A stretch of DNA of 45,080 nt from a virus (taxonomy: Duplodnaviria; Caudoviricetes): the IMG/VR virus record IMGVR_UViG_3300005095_000053, positions 1 through 45,080 of that record. One strand, given 5' to 3'. The notes beneath the pieces are model-generated. The model ran no database searches. It worked only from the letters and a program-made list of their open reading frames with translations, and had not been told where the DNA came from. The stretch's first letter is position 1. Every line of letters begins with the position of its first letter. Below are positions 1-9,176 of this stretch, piece after piece. The translations under genes were made by a program, and so were the position numbers.

Positions 1-91
1 TTTATTGTCTTTGATATATAAAGCTGAATTTATAACTTCTGGAGCTAGATTATCTAGTTCCATGTCCAAATCAATTACATCATAAGTGCGG
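1..91. repeat. Terminal direct repeat, copy 1 (identical to 44990-45080); probably the circular-assembly overlap
   Basis: TTTATTGTCT...CATAAGTGCGG matches the last 91 nt exactly, and an ORF reads in frame across the join. Confidence 0.95.
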
Positions 92-180
92 AGTTGATTC
101 TCCGCACTTTTAGAAATTATGCCCTCTTGTTTGAGGGCATTTTTAATATTATTTACATTATCAAATCTTACTTCATTCAT
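1..180 (-). CDS. 5' part of a 236-aa early protein spanning the circular join (continues at 44459-45080)
   Basis: ATG at 180-178 with AAAGGAG RBS; MNEVRFDNVNNIKNALKQEGIISKSAENQLRTYDVIDL is in frame with ORF 44459..45058. Confidence 0.85.
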   Translation of the reverse strand, partial: MNEVRFDNVNNIKNALKQEGIISKSAENQLRTYDVIDLDMELDNLAPEVINSALYIKDNK

Positions 181-242
181 TTTCCACTCCTTTTTTTAGT
201 TTTTTTTTACAAAGAAAAAAAAAGAAAAAAATAAAAACAACC

Positions 243-299
243 AGAGAACCAAGAGAACCAAGAGAGTTAGGTTTGGTCTCCCTTGGTTCTTGGTTCTCT
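243..299. repeat. Intergenic inverted repeat built from tandem AGAACCA/TGGTTCT units
   Basis: AGAGAACCAAGAGAACCAAG (243-262) versus CTTGGTTCTTGGTTCTCT (282-299). Confidence 0.8.
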
Positions 300-318
300 T
301 TTTCTTGAAGACTTAAAG

Positions 319-363
319 CTACACACAACACAAAATCCGAATTGGGTTCTGTGTTCTGTGTAG
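319..363. repeat. Imperfect 20-bp-arm hairpin in early intergenic region
   Basis: CTACACACAACACAAAATCC-GAATT-GGGTTCTGTGTTCTGTGTAG, three mismatches including one C.C. Confidence 0.7.
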
Positions 364-402
364 GGTTGGTGTTGTTGCAAAAAAGTTAGAAAAAATTGGG
401 GA

Positions 403-591
403 CTAGATGTCCCCTTCGTTATTTTGATTTTTATTTTTTCTGTAGATCTTCCAAACCAATTTCGTGAACAATTCTATAAACTCGTTGTTGTATTCGAGTG
501 CTTTCAGCGTATCTCTTACGGCATCCATGATGCCGTAAGATATGTTTTGTTCTTTTAGTAATTTTTTTAGCTTCTGAATTTCTTTACTCAT
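403..591 (-). CDS. Small early hypothetical protein (62 aa)
   Basis: ORF with GAGGAGG RBS upstream; first sizeable gene of the leftward arm. Confidence 0.75.
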   Translation of the reverse strand: MSKEIQKLKKLLKEQNISYGIMDAVRDTLKALEYNNEFIELFTKLVWKIYRKNKNQNNEGDI

Positions 592-950
592 ACTATACCT
601 CCTCTAAAAGTTTTTTTATTTTCTTAACTTCACTGTCAATTTTCCCTATATCTACACTTGCACCAAATACTGTACCAAAGGTTTTTTCAATGATTTTTAT
701 GACTAATGATACGATAAAATAAATCAATACGATTAATCCATTAATCATGATAATCCTTTCACAATGGAATTAATTTTTGCACAACACATACAACACAAAA
801 AAAAGAATTCTTATTAGCGCAAGCGGGGTAGGGATTAGGAGCATATGGTAAGGTGGTTGTAGGAATCCCCAAAACAATTTAAATTCAATTTTTTAAAAAG
901 CTCATGTAAGAAATATTTGTTTAAAACAGAATTAAAATTAACACATAATA

Positions 951-979
951 TTGACAAATATTTATTTATATTATAAAAT
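951..979 (+). promoter_or_regulatory. Sigma70-type promoter upstream of the HU-like gene
   Basis: TTGACA (951-956), 17-bp spacer, TAAAAT (974-979). Confidence 0.65.
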
Positions 980-1017
980 TCATTTTGGATGGAAAAAACA
1001 AAAAAAGGAGTGTTGCA

Positions 1018-1293
1018 ATGAGGCTTATTGATATAATTGAAAAGATTTCTAGTGAATCAGGGCTACAAAAGAAACAAGTAAGGAATGTTATTAACGCATA
1101 TGTAGACATCTTACTAGATGAATTAAAACAAACAAACAAAACAACAATTCATAAATTAGGTAAATTATCTATTAGTAAATATACAAAAAAGAACCACTAT
1201 GATATTAATAAAGAAAAAATTGTTGGTGAATTAGATGTATGTAGAACATCATTTAAAAAATCTAGAATTTTATCTAGAAGAATTGGATGCTAG
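1018..1293 (+). CDS. HU/IHF-family histone-like DNA-binding protein
   Basis: ~91 aa basic protein, IIEKISSESGLQKKQVRNVINAY...IHKLGKLSI...SFKKS pattern; AAGGAG RBS favours ATG 1018 over the track's TTG 985. Confidence 0.8.
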   Translation: MRLIDIIEKISSESGLQKKQVRNVINAYVDILLDELKQTNKTTIHKLGKLSISKYTKKNHYDINKEKIVGELDVCRTSFKKSRILSRRIGC

Positions 1294-1350
1294 AGTGGTT
1301 CTATCTTCTTATTAATACTTCTATTTTTCTTCTTCTTATTTTTCATCTTT

Positions 1351-1368
1351 TAGTATAATTTTTTAAAA
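1351..1368 (+). promoter_or_regulatory. Putative late promoter -10 box (copy 1)
   Basis: TAGTATAATTTTTTAAAA, 17/18 identical to 4064-4081; both lie just upstream of virion-module genes. Confidence 0.5.
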
Positions 1369-1380
1369 AAAAGGTTTACA

Positions 1381-2022
1381 ATGGCAAATATTGTTGAGAG
1401 TGATAAAAATATTATAGCATCAAAAGTTGTATCTGATCTTGGTATTAACATGGAACCAAATGAATTAATACACATCTCTCAACAATCTGGTGTTAATGAT
1501 TTAAAAAAAATAGGTAAATATATTATGTATGCAGAATCAAGATTAGTAAATGGTATGTCAAGATATGATGCTTTTAAACATGTTTTTCCAGAAAGATGTG
1601 TAGTATCTGATAAATCAGAAATAGGAACATTTAAAACAAATAAACCAGTTGGTTCTGAATTAAGTAAAAGCTCTATAGAAGTAAAAGCAAAAAGACTAGA
1701 GAATACAAAATTATATAAAAGTATAGTTGCTTATTTAACAACATCGTTGTATGTATTATATGCAGCTGATAGAATAAAAGTAATGGATTTAATGTTAGAT
1801 AAAATATTTGATCCAAAGACAAAAGAAGTTCATAGAATTGAGTATGTAAAAACATTTCTAAATGAAACAAAGAAACCAGAAGAAAATGGAATAGATATAA
1901 ATATAAATGTTGAAAATAATAACTTTATACAAATAGAACAAAAATTAGATTTAATAGCCAATAAATTATCTGGATTAGATGCAAGTTCTATAATAAATAT
2001 TATTGGAAATAAAAATGGCTAG
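1381..2022 (+). CDS. Putative terminase small subunit (N4 gp69-like)
   Basis: Upstream of TerL; Y..Y..SRL..GMSRYDAF..VFPER resembles N4-like gp69; C-terminal ININ tail typical of TerS. Confidence 0.6.
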   Translation: MANIVESDKNIIASKVVSDLGINMEPNELIHISQQSGVNDLKKIGKYIMYAESRLVNGMSRYDAFKHVFPERCVVSDKSEIGTFKTNKPVGSELSKSSIEVKAKRLENTKLYKSIVAYLTTSLYVLYAADRIKVMDLMLDKIFDPKTKEVHRIEYVKTFLNETKKPEENGIDININVENNNFIQIEQKLDLIANKLSGLDASSIINIIGNKNG

Positions 2023-2569
2023 TTTTGACAAAGCATTTGAAAAATTAAAAAAACTTGAATTTAAAAATTGTTCTAATGTTTTACATAAAAACAAGACAGA
2101 AAACTATTATACATTTGCTGGTGTCTATCAAAAGTATCATACTAATCTGAATATTTGGTCAATGGTGGTTCTATATAAAAACATTGGACTAGAATTAGAA
2201 GATATTTCAAAGATATTGTATTGTAATAAAGAAATCTGGAAAGAAGTAAAAGAAGTATATAAAAAAGAATACTGGGATAAAATAAAAGGTGATTACATAA
2301 AAAATCAACATATAGCTGATGAAATATTTATATTTGCCGTAAATTCTGGTGTAGAGACAGCAGTAAAAACAGCTCAAAAAATAGTTGGAGTTGTTCCAGA
2401 TGGTATTGTTGGTCCAAAAACATTAAGAGCATTAAATTCATATAATAGTTCATTGTTTGATCATGAATATGATAGCATGGAAATAAATTTTTATAAAAGG
2501 CTTGTAAATAAAATAAAAAAATTTAAAATATATCTAACTGGTTGGATAAATAGGGCAAAGGCAGTATAA
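2015..2569 (+). CDS. Endolysin, glycosyl hydrolase 108-like with peptidoglycan-binding domain
   Basis: MASFDKAF...TFAGVY...YKKEYWD...FIFAVNSG...DGIVGPKT...GWINRA; ATG 2015 overlaps the TerS stop. Confidence 0.85.
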   Translation: MASFDKAFEKLKKLEFKNCSNVLHKNKTENYYTFAGVYQKYHTNLNIWSMVVLYKNIGLELEDISKILYCNKEIWKEVKEVYKKEYWDKIKGDYIKNQHIADEIFIFAVNSGVETAVKTAQKIVGVVPDGIVGPKTLRALNSYNSSLFDHEYDSMEINFYKRLVNKIKKFKIYLTGWINRAKAV

Positions 2570-4071
2570 TGATAATAAAAAGAGAAAGATATGACAAACC
2601 ATATTATCCAAAACATAAAGAAACAATAAAACATTTTTTATGGTTTGATTCATTTTTTGAAGAGGAAAATAAACCAGCACAAGCGCATTTTCAATTAGTT
2701 GATCATATTTTATCAAAAAGAAAAAGAAAAGTAATAATGGCACATAGAGGTTTAGCAAAATCTACAAAAATGATTCATTTAATACTTGAATGGTTATATC
2801 TTGGATATAAGCCAAATTTTGGTGATTTTGAATATATACTTATTATTCAAGATACAGTATCAATGGCAGCAGCAACAATAGAAACAATAGCTGGAATGAT
2901 AGAAGATTCAAAATTAAATAATGTATTGGAAATTAGAAAAAAAACACTTGGTGATGATCCAACATTATATATCTTTAATAAAAACAAAAATAAAACTTTT
3001 TATATAAAAGGTCGTGGTTCTGGTCAAAGTATGAGAGGAACAAAGATAATGAACAAAAGACCAAATATAATGATATTTGACGATATTGAAAACGAAGAAA
3101 AACATGACACAAAAAATTCAAGAGATAAACTCAAAAGGTGGTTCTATTCAGTTGCATTGCCAGCAACAAATCCAAATAGAGAAGAATTTATTTTTATAGG
3201 AACTCCTATACATGAAGATGCATTATTAATGGATTTAATAAAAAATGATAAATGGGAAGCAATAGTATTGCCAGTTGCTGAAGAATTTCCTCCAGAAAAC
3301 TGGGATTGGAATAAACTAATAACATCATGGAGTGATAGATTCACTCCAGAATATGTTAGAGATAAATTTGAAGAGTACAAAAATGATGGGCAAGAAAAAT
3401 TGTTTTATCAGGAATATATGCTAGAAGTTACACCAAAAGACGATTTACTATTTAACATAGACAAGATAAATTATTATGACTATAATGAATTTAAAAGTAA
3501 TTTTAGATCTTTAACATATTATATATCAGTTGATTTAGCTGTTAGCGAAAAAGAATACGCTGATTACACAGCAATTAGCGTTATTGGAGTAGATGAAAAC
3601 AATAACTGGTTTTTAGTTGATGGATTTTTTGGTAGAGTTAAACCAGATGAAACAATTGATAAAATATTTATGTTTGTAAAAAAATGGAAGCCATATTCTG
3701 TTGTACTTGAAAAAGTTGCATTTCAATTATCAATGAAAACATTTATTCAGAATGAGATGGTGAAGAGAGGAATATTCTTTAGTATAGAAATGGTGAATAG
3801 AACAAAGAGCAAATTGTCTGTGATAAAGGGACTTCAACCGATAATTGAACTTGGAAAATTCTGGATACCAAACAATTACATAAAAGATTTTATAAATGAA
3901 TTAATACATGAAATGAGTTCTATAACAAATAATAGTATTTTATCAAAACATGATGATCTAATAGATAGTATAGCACAATTAACACTTATTGATATGGTCA
4001 ATGTAGAGCCAGTTATTGAGTATGATGATGATTTCATTGACATAGATTACAAAAATCCATATATAGTATAA
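2569..4071 (+). CDS. terL: Terminase large subunit
   Basis: Walker A-like AHRGLAKST, Walker B MIFDDIE, FIGTP motif, nuclease SVDLA...DYTAI and HDDLIDS. Confidence 0.95.
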   Translation: MIIKRERYDKPYYPKHKETIKHFLWFDSFFEEENKPAQAHFQLVDHILSKRKRKVIMAHRGLAKSTKMIHLILEWLYLGYKPNFGDFEYILIIQDTVSMAAATIETIAGMIEDSKLNNVLEIRKKTLGDDPTLYIFNKNKNKTFYIKGRGSGQSMRGTKIMNKRPNIMIFDDIENEEKHDTKNSRDKLKRWFYSVALPATNPNREEFIFIGTPIHEDALLMDLIKNDKWEAIVLPVAEEFPPENWDWNKLITSWSDRFTPEYVRDKFEEYKNDGQEKLFYQEYMLEVTPKDDLLFNIDKINYYDYNEFKSNFRSLTYYISVDLAVSEKEYADYTAISVIGVDENNNWFLVDGFFGRVKPDETIDKIFMFVKKWKPYSVVLEKVAFQLSMKTFIQNEMVKRGIFFSIEMVNRTKSKLSVIKGLQPIIELGKFWIPNNYIKDFINELIHEMSSITNNSILSKHDDLIDSIAQLTLIDMVNVEPVIEYDDDFIDIDYKNPYIV

Positions 4072-4081
4072 TTTTCTAAAA
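4064..4081 (+). promoter_or_regulatory. Putative late promoter -10 box (copy 2)
   Basis: TAGTATAATTTTCTAAAA overlapping the terL stop. Confidence 0.45.
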
Positions 4082-4100
4082 TAGATATTGGAGAACCACC

Positions 4101-4838
4101 ATGGACATTAGTAAATACAGAATATATGTAAAGGAATTTTCATTAACAGATGATGAACTTATTCAGGTTATAAAAGATGTCTTGTCTGATATAGCGATAT
4201 CTACACATTTTTTTAAAAAAGCATTTGGTTTTTCTGTTGAAAAAAATATTAGAGAATATGACTTTTATTCATTATTCAAATTAAGTGAATCATTTTCATA
4301 TGATATTGATACTATCTATTTTGGTGGTGACAATTCAATAATTAATAAGTTAATATCACTTAATGGTAATAACACAAACAATAGTCAATTATTTACTGGT
4401 TCATTCAATAAAAATATTGAATATGAAAATGAGCTAATAGATATTAATGACATTATTAAAATAAATAACAATTCAACAAATAAAGAAAATAAAATTATTG
4501 ATGACAGTAAATTGCACTATTGTATTGTGTCTGTTTTTGACAGATTTGAACATATTAATGACTACAAGTATTTATATAAACCAGAAATAAAAGAAAACGA
4601 TTACTTTATATGTATTGTAAGTATAATTCCAGATATTAAACTAATTGACTTATTTGAAAAAGATATAAGAAATTGTCTAATATCTGGAATTAAATACATG
4701 TTAAGCACAAATTTTCTGAACATGGATGATATAAATACAACAAACATGTTGTCAAACATATATGAAAATGAAAAGAGAAAATTAATGAATCGTGTTAATT
4801 TCTATCAAACAAAAATGATTAGGAGATCATGGCTATAA
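4101..4838 (+). CDS. Putative virion adaptor/head-tail protein
   Basis: 245 aa directly after TerL, the position of N4 gp67-like proteins; GGAG RBS. Confidence 0.45.
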   Translation: MDISKYRIYVKEFSLTDDELIQVIKDVLSDIAISTHFFKKAFGFSVEKNIREYDFYSLFKLSESFSYDIDTIYFGGDNSIINKLISLNGNNTNNSQLFTGSFNKNIEYENELIDINDIIKINNNSTNKENKIIDDSKLHYCIVSVFDRFEHINDYKYLYKPEIKENDYFICIVSIIPDIKLIDLFEKDIRNCLISGIKYMLSTNFLNMDDINTTNMLSNIYENEKRKLMNRVNFYQTKMIRRSWL

Positions 4839-4847
4839 GGAAATACT

Positions 4848-6986
4848 ATGATTGACTTAAACAAGATCTATGACATAATTGATCGTTATATAGTAACAGC
4901 TCTCAAAAATAGCATATTTATTGCAAATAATGAAAAAAATATTATTTATTCAAAGAAAGATAACAGTGATGAATCAATAAATTATTACAAATATGACGAT
5001 AGTTATTACTACAATGAACAAGAACAAGATAACAGTAGTGATGAACAATACTGCGATAATCAACAAGATCAACAATCTAGCATCGGTGGTTCTACAATTG
5101 ATTGTGATACCATCTTCAACGGGATAAATATTTCTTCAAGAGATGTATTTATTGATGGTTTTACAATAGAGTATGATCCGCCAGAAAAAATAATAAAAGA
5201 TCAAGTATATACATATGATGTAATAGTAAATGTTACACACAATGATACTGGATGTACAAAGACATTCACATTCAAAGAAACAACATATCCAGATAATACA
5301 ACTACCGATAAATATGGAAGAGTAATTATTCCATATAACAATATTGAACCAGTTACATGTATTGATGAAGAAGTATTAGAGTATGCAATAAACAATAATA
5401 TTGTTTTTGTTGCACCAAATGATAATACAGCTGAAAAAACAATTGTCGAAATTTTTAAAGTTGTTCTTGGAAGAAATTATATTGATTCTGATGCATTAGA
5501 GCATTATTCAAAGATGTTTTTAAATGGTGTTAGTGTAGATGACATCAGAAAACAAGTTGCTTTAGATGCACAAGCATTGTACATAAAATTACCAAAGACA
5601 GCGTATAGAAGTAGAAAATATCTTGGAGAAATAGGTTATGGAGATTATGATACAAATAATAGAGTTGTTGATGATATATGTTTGTTAGATGAAAAAGATG
5701 AATGTTATTATGAAATAGTTATTAGAAAAAAAGATGTTTTTGTAAAACCAAATATTTCTGATAGAATAGATGTAATGATTAATAAAGCATACAATGATGT
5801 ATTGAACAGAACAAATATAGACAATAATGGGATGAAATATTGGTATTCAGAAGTACAAAAAAATAATTATGAACAATATGATCTAAATGTAAAAATAGCA
5901 GAATCAGCAATTTCTATTCTTGGTTCTGGAATATGTTCAAAAAGTGTATATAGTGCATATATTTACTTAAATCCAGTTGATGCAAATAATAGAGAATTTT
6001 ATAAAATTAATGATGTAGTAAATAATGACAAAAATACAGAAGAAGATAATGAATGTATAGAATATGTATTGTCAACAGGATTACCTAGTAAATATTGGTT
6101 TGTTATTCCAAAAGATGATTTAGAGATTGAAATATCAAAAGCATACAAAGATGTTCTAAATAGAAACTATGTTGATTCAAATGGTATGAATTTCTTTTAT
6201 GAATGGGCATCATTAAACAATCCTACATATTATCAATTATGTTTGTACATAGCACATATAGCAGCAGATTCTGATATTGCATGTAATAAAACAAAAGAAA
6301 GAGCAAGACAATTTATTCAATCAAATATTTTTGATCTATTTGGTAATGGGAGTATTATATCTTTACATCAATTTAATGACAATCTGTTAGATTATGGTGG
6401 TTTGTATAATGGACAAGCCGTAGATACTATATATTATTCTGATGATTCTGTTAATGGTAAATCATTAGCCTTGAGTGGTTCTGGTAATGTAAGAATTGAT
6501 CTCTCTGGTAAGAATTTTCCATCATTAAGGAATAATGATTTTTCTATATCAATATGGATAAAGGTTAATCAAACATGTATAGATAACGATTGTACAATGT
6601 GTATTGTAAGTTTTAGAAAAAGTAGTGAAAATAAAAGAATGTTTGAATTATGGTATAAAAACAAATCAATAGTTTATAAGTATCTCGATGGTAGCAATGA
6701 CATTTTGAGAATAGAAGTAGAAAATATTGTAACAGAATCAAGCTGGTTGCATATTGCTATTACAACAAATTGGTCTACAAATGAAAGTAAAATTTACATT
6801 AATAATAATCTTGTAAACACATCAACAAATGATATATCTAATTGTAGCATGGATATTGATTCAATATATGTTGGTGCATTTTATGATGGAGCATATAGAT
6901 TTAAAGGAAATATAGATCAATTTAGAATTTATAAAGATGTATTGACAGAACAAGAAATTGATTTCATATACAGAAATAAAGCATAA
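4848..6986 (+). CDS. Putative receptor-binding/tail appendage protein 1 (three DUF4214-like repeats, C-terminal LamG/ConA-like domain)
   Basis: Repeats VVLGRNYIDSDAL, DVLNRTNIDNNGMKYW, DVLNRNYVDSNGMNFF; C-terminal FSISIWIK...WLHIAIT...IYINN...FKGNIDQFRIY. Confidence 0.7.
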   Translation: MIDLNKIYDIIDRYIVTALKNSIFIANNEKNIIYSKKDNSDESINYYKYDDSYYYNEQEQDNSSDEQYCDNQQDQQSSIGGSTIDCDTIFNGINISSRDVFIDGFTIEYDPPEKIIKDQVYTYDVIVNVTHNDTGCTKTFTFKETTYPDNTTTDKYGRVIIPYNNIEPVTCIDEEVLEYAINNNIVFVAPNDNTAEKTIVEIFKVVLGRNYIDSDALEHYSKMFLNGVSVDDIRKQVALDAQALYIKLPKTAYRSRKYLGEIGYGDYDTNNRVVDDICLLDEKDECYYEIVIRKKDVFVKPNISDRIDVMINKAYNDVLNRTNIDNNGMKYWYSEVQKNNYEQYDLNVKIAESAISILGSGICSKSVYSAYIYLNPVDANNREFYKINDVVNNDKNTEEDNECIEYVLSTGLPSKYWFVIPKDDLEIEISKAYKDVLNRNYVDSNGMNFFYEWASLNNPTYYQLCLYIAHIAADSDIACNKTKERARQFIQSNIFDLFGNGSIISLHQFNDNLLDYGGLYNGQAVDTIYYSDDSVNGKSLALSGSGNVRIDLSGKNFPSLRNNDFSISIWIKVNQTCIDNDCTMCIVSFRKSSENKRMFELWYKNKSIVYKYLDGSNDILRIEVENIVTESSWLHIAITTNWSTNESKIYINNNLVNTSTNDISNCSMDIDSIYVGAFYDGAYRFKGNIDQFRIYKDVLTEQEIDFIYRNKA

Positions 6987-6995
6987 GGAGTATAT

Positions 6996-9176
6996 ATGAA
7001 CACTACAAATGATATTTTCAAATTCATAAAAGAATATGTTGACATAAAAATCCAAAAATTACTTGAGGATGGTTCAATTAATGAAACAATATTAAATATA
7101 TATTCTGATTATATTAATGTAAATTCTACTGATAGTACTAATGAAGTAAATATTGCTGATATGTTTTCTTCTAATGATAATGAAATTCCTGATGTATATG
7201 TCAATACGCAAGATGATGAAAGTAATGATCAATCTCAAACTAATGAATCTGATACGGAAAATACTTCAAGTGGTTCTCAATTATCACAATGTGATATAGT
7301 GTTTAAAGATATCAATATCACATCAAGAATTCCATCGATTGATGGATTTGAAATAATATATGTTCCAGAAGAACCAATTGTAAAAAATGAACCATACTCA
7401 TATAATGTTACGGCAACATTAACACATATAGAAACAGGTTGTACAAAAACATTTATGTTTAAAGAAACTACATACCCAGAAGATGCAGAGGTTGATATGT
7501 ATGGAAGGCAAATAGTGCATATTGCATACATAGAACCACAGACTTGTGTTGATAATGAACTTATCGAATATGCACAAAATAATACAATTGTTTTTGTAAA
7601 ACCTATAGATGGAGATGATATAGATTCACAAGTTGTAAATTTATATAGAGAAGTCCTTGATCGAACGATTATTGATAGTGAAGGATTTAATTATGCAGCA
7701 AATCTGATAAAAGAAAAAGGATATGATGAAGCGTGTAAACAAATTGCTTTAGATGCACAAAGCTATAAACTTGTATTACCAAAAGCGTCTTATAATGCAA
7801 GATGTTATCTTGGCTCTATCGGTTATGGTAATTATGATACTGAAGGAAGAGAACCTATTAAGATATGTGATCTATTACAAAATGAATTAGGGTATATAGA
7901 TGAACAATGTGTTAATAAAATAATAAAAGAAAATGAAATCTTTGTAAATAGACTTGGTGACAATATTGATAATGCAATATGGACAGCGTATAAAAATGCA
8001 CTTGGAAGAAATTATGTTGATAATACTGGTGCCAAATATTGGAGAAATAAAATAATGACAGGATACATAGATGTTGAAGATATAGAACAATCAATTGCTA
8101 GTAATGCTATTTCTATAGCAAACGATAGAACATGTATATATGCATCCTTAAAAGCACTAAAGTATATGAGGAATACTGATCCTTATGGTAGAGAATACTA
8201 TGATATAATAGATGTGCTTGATGCGTATAACAATGATGAGTTTTCGCAAGTTGACAAAGAGTGTTTTGATTATGTTATAAATGAAGGCGATATTATAAAA
8301 GAATGGTTTGTAAAACCTAATCCTAATTATGAAGAAGACAAAGAAATTGTTTCTGCATATAAATCAGTTCTTGGTAGAAATTATATTGATAGTAAAGGGT
8401 TCAATTACTGGTTCTCTGAATATAGAACAAAAGATTGGGAATTTTATGATCTAGAAAAAGCTATTGCAAATAGTGCCATTAATTTTACATCAGACAAATG
8501 TAAAACAGCAAGAGAAAATGCTATTAACTGGAATATTGCTTATGGAGATGTAAGTCCATATAGCGCAGACCCATTTGGAGATGGCAGTTGTGTGGCTTTT
8601 TATCCATTAGATGGAAATGCTAATGATTATACTGGCAATGGACATAATGGAGAATGGGTGGGAACAGAACAATATGATACAGGAGCTATAAAACAAGCCG
8701 CAAAATTTGACGGTAGTAGTTATATAAAATTACCAAGCCCTTCATCTCTTGGAATTAGTAGATATAATTTTTGTTTTGCCTTATGTTTTAAAGGAACTGG
8801 TAATATTGGATTAGGAAATGTTTGGAGTGACTCTGGGAGTTTTTTATATATTACAGATAGTAAGTTGGAAATAAAATGTGAGAATTATGTTCGTTTTACT
8901 TATCCATTTGAAAATCAACAAGACAAATTTTATTTTGTTGTATGGCAAAACAATGGAATATATCTAAATGGTAAACAAATTACAAGTAATTTGCATAAGC
9001 CATTTTGTTCAGAAAGCAATCAAATTGAAATAGGTGGAGTACAAGAATGTTATCTTTACAAACAATATGGTGGATATTTTAACGGTTTAATTGATAATGT
9101 TTACATATTCAATAGAGCATTAACAGATGAAGAGATAAAAATTTTATCATCAATTGAAATAGGAGCGTCAAAATGA
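6996..9176 (+). CDS. Putative receptor-binding/tail appendage protein 2, paralog of 4848-6986
   Basis: Shared TGCTKTF.FKETTYP...D.YGR block, three LxR..ID..G..YW-type repeats, LamG-like C-terminus (YPLDGNAND...FNGLIDNVYIFNRAL). Confidence 0.7.
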   Translation: MNTTNDIFKFIKEYVDIKIQKLLEDGSINETILNIYSDYINVNSTDSTNEVNIADMFSSNDNEIPDVYVNTQDDESNDQSQTNESDTENTSSGSQLSQCDIVFKDINITSRIPSIDGFEIIYVPEEPIVKNEPYSYNVTATLTHIETGCTKTFMFKETTYPEDAEVDMYGRQIVHIAYIEPQTCVDNELIEYAQNNTIVFVKPIDGDDIDSQVVNLYREVLDRTIIDSEGFNYAANLIKEKGYDEACKQIALDAQSYKLVLPKASYNARCYLGSIGYGNYDTEGREPIKICDLLQNELGYIDEQCVNKIIKENEIFVNRLGDNIDNAIWTAYKNALGRNYVDNTGAKYWRNKIMTGYIDVEDIEQSIASNAISIANDRTCIYASLKALKYMRNTDPYGREYYDIIDVLDAYNNDEFSQVDKECFDYVINEGDIIKEWFVKPNPNYEEDKEIVSAYKSVLGRNYIDSKGFNYWFSEYRTKDWEFYDLEKAIANSAINFTSDKCKTARENAINWNIAYGDVSPYSADPFGDGSCVAFYPLDGNANDYTGNGHNGEWVGTEQYDTGAIKQAAKFDGSSYIKLPSPSSLGISRYNFCFALCFKGTGNIGLGNVWSDSGSFLYITDSKLEIKCENYVRFTYPFENQQDKFYFVVWQNNGIYLNGKQITSNLHKPFCSESNQIEIGGVQECYLYKQYGGYFNGLIDNVYIFNRALTDEEIKILSSIEIGASK

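Noticed and set aside
1-91. 91-bp repeat as a biological terminal repeat
   Set aside because: It falls mid-gene and the frame reads through, so an assembly overlap of a circular or permuted genome is more likely.
84-109. AAGTGCGG inverted pair resembling the Pasteurellaceae uptake sequence AAGTGCGGT
   Set aside because: Only an 8/9 match at a single locus; it is better explained as one of many intragenic hairpins.
660-679. GCACCAAATACTGTACCAAA as a fourth copy of the RepL-upstream 17-mer
   Set aside because: Needs several mismatches plus an indel; could be chance.
4848-9176. Diversity-generating retroelement or invertible tail cassette
   Set aside because: No reverse transcriptase or recombinase, and no near-identical template/variable repeat pair was seen.
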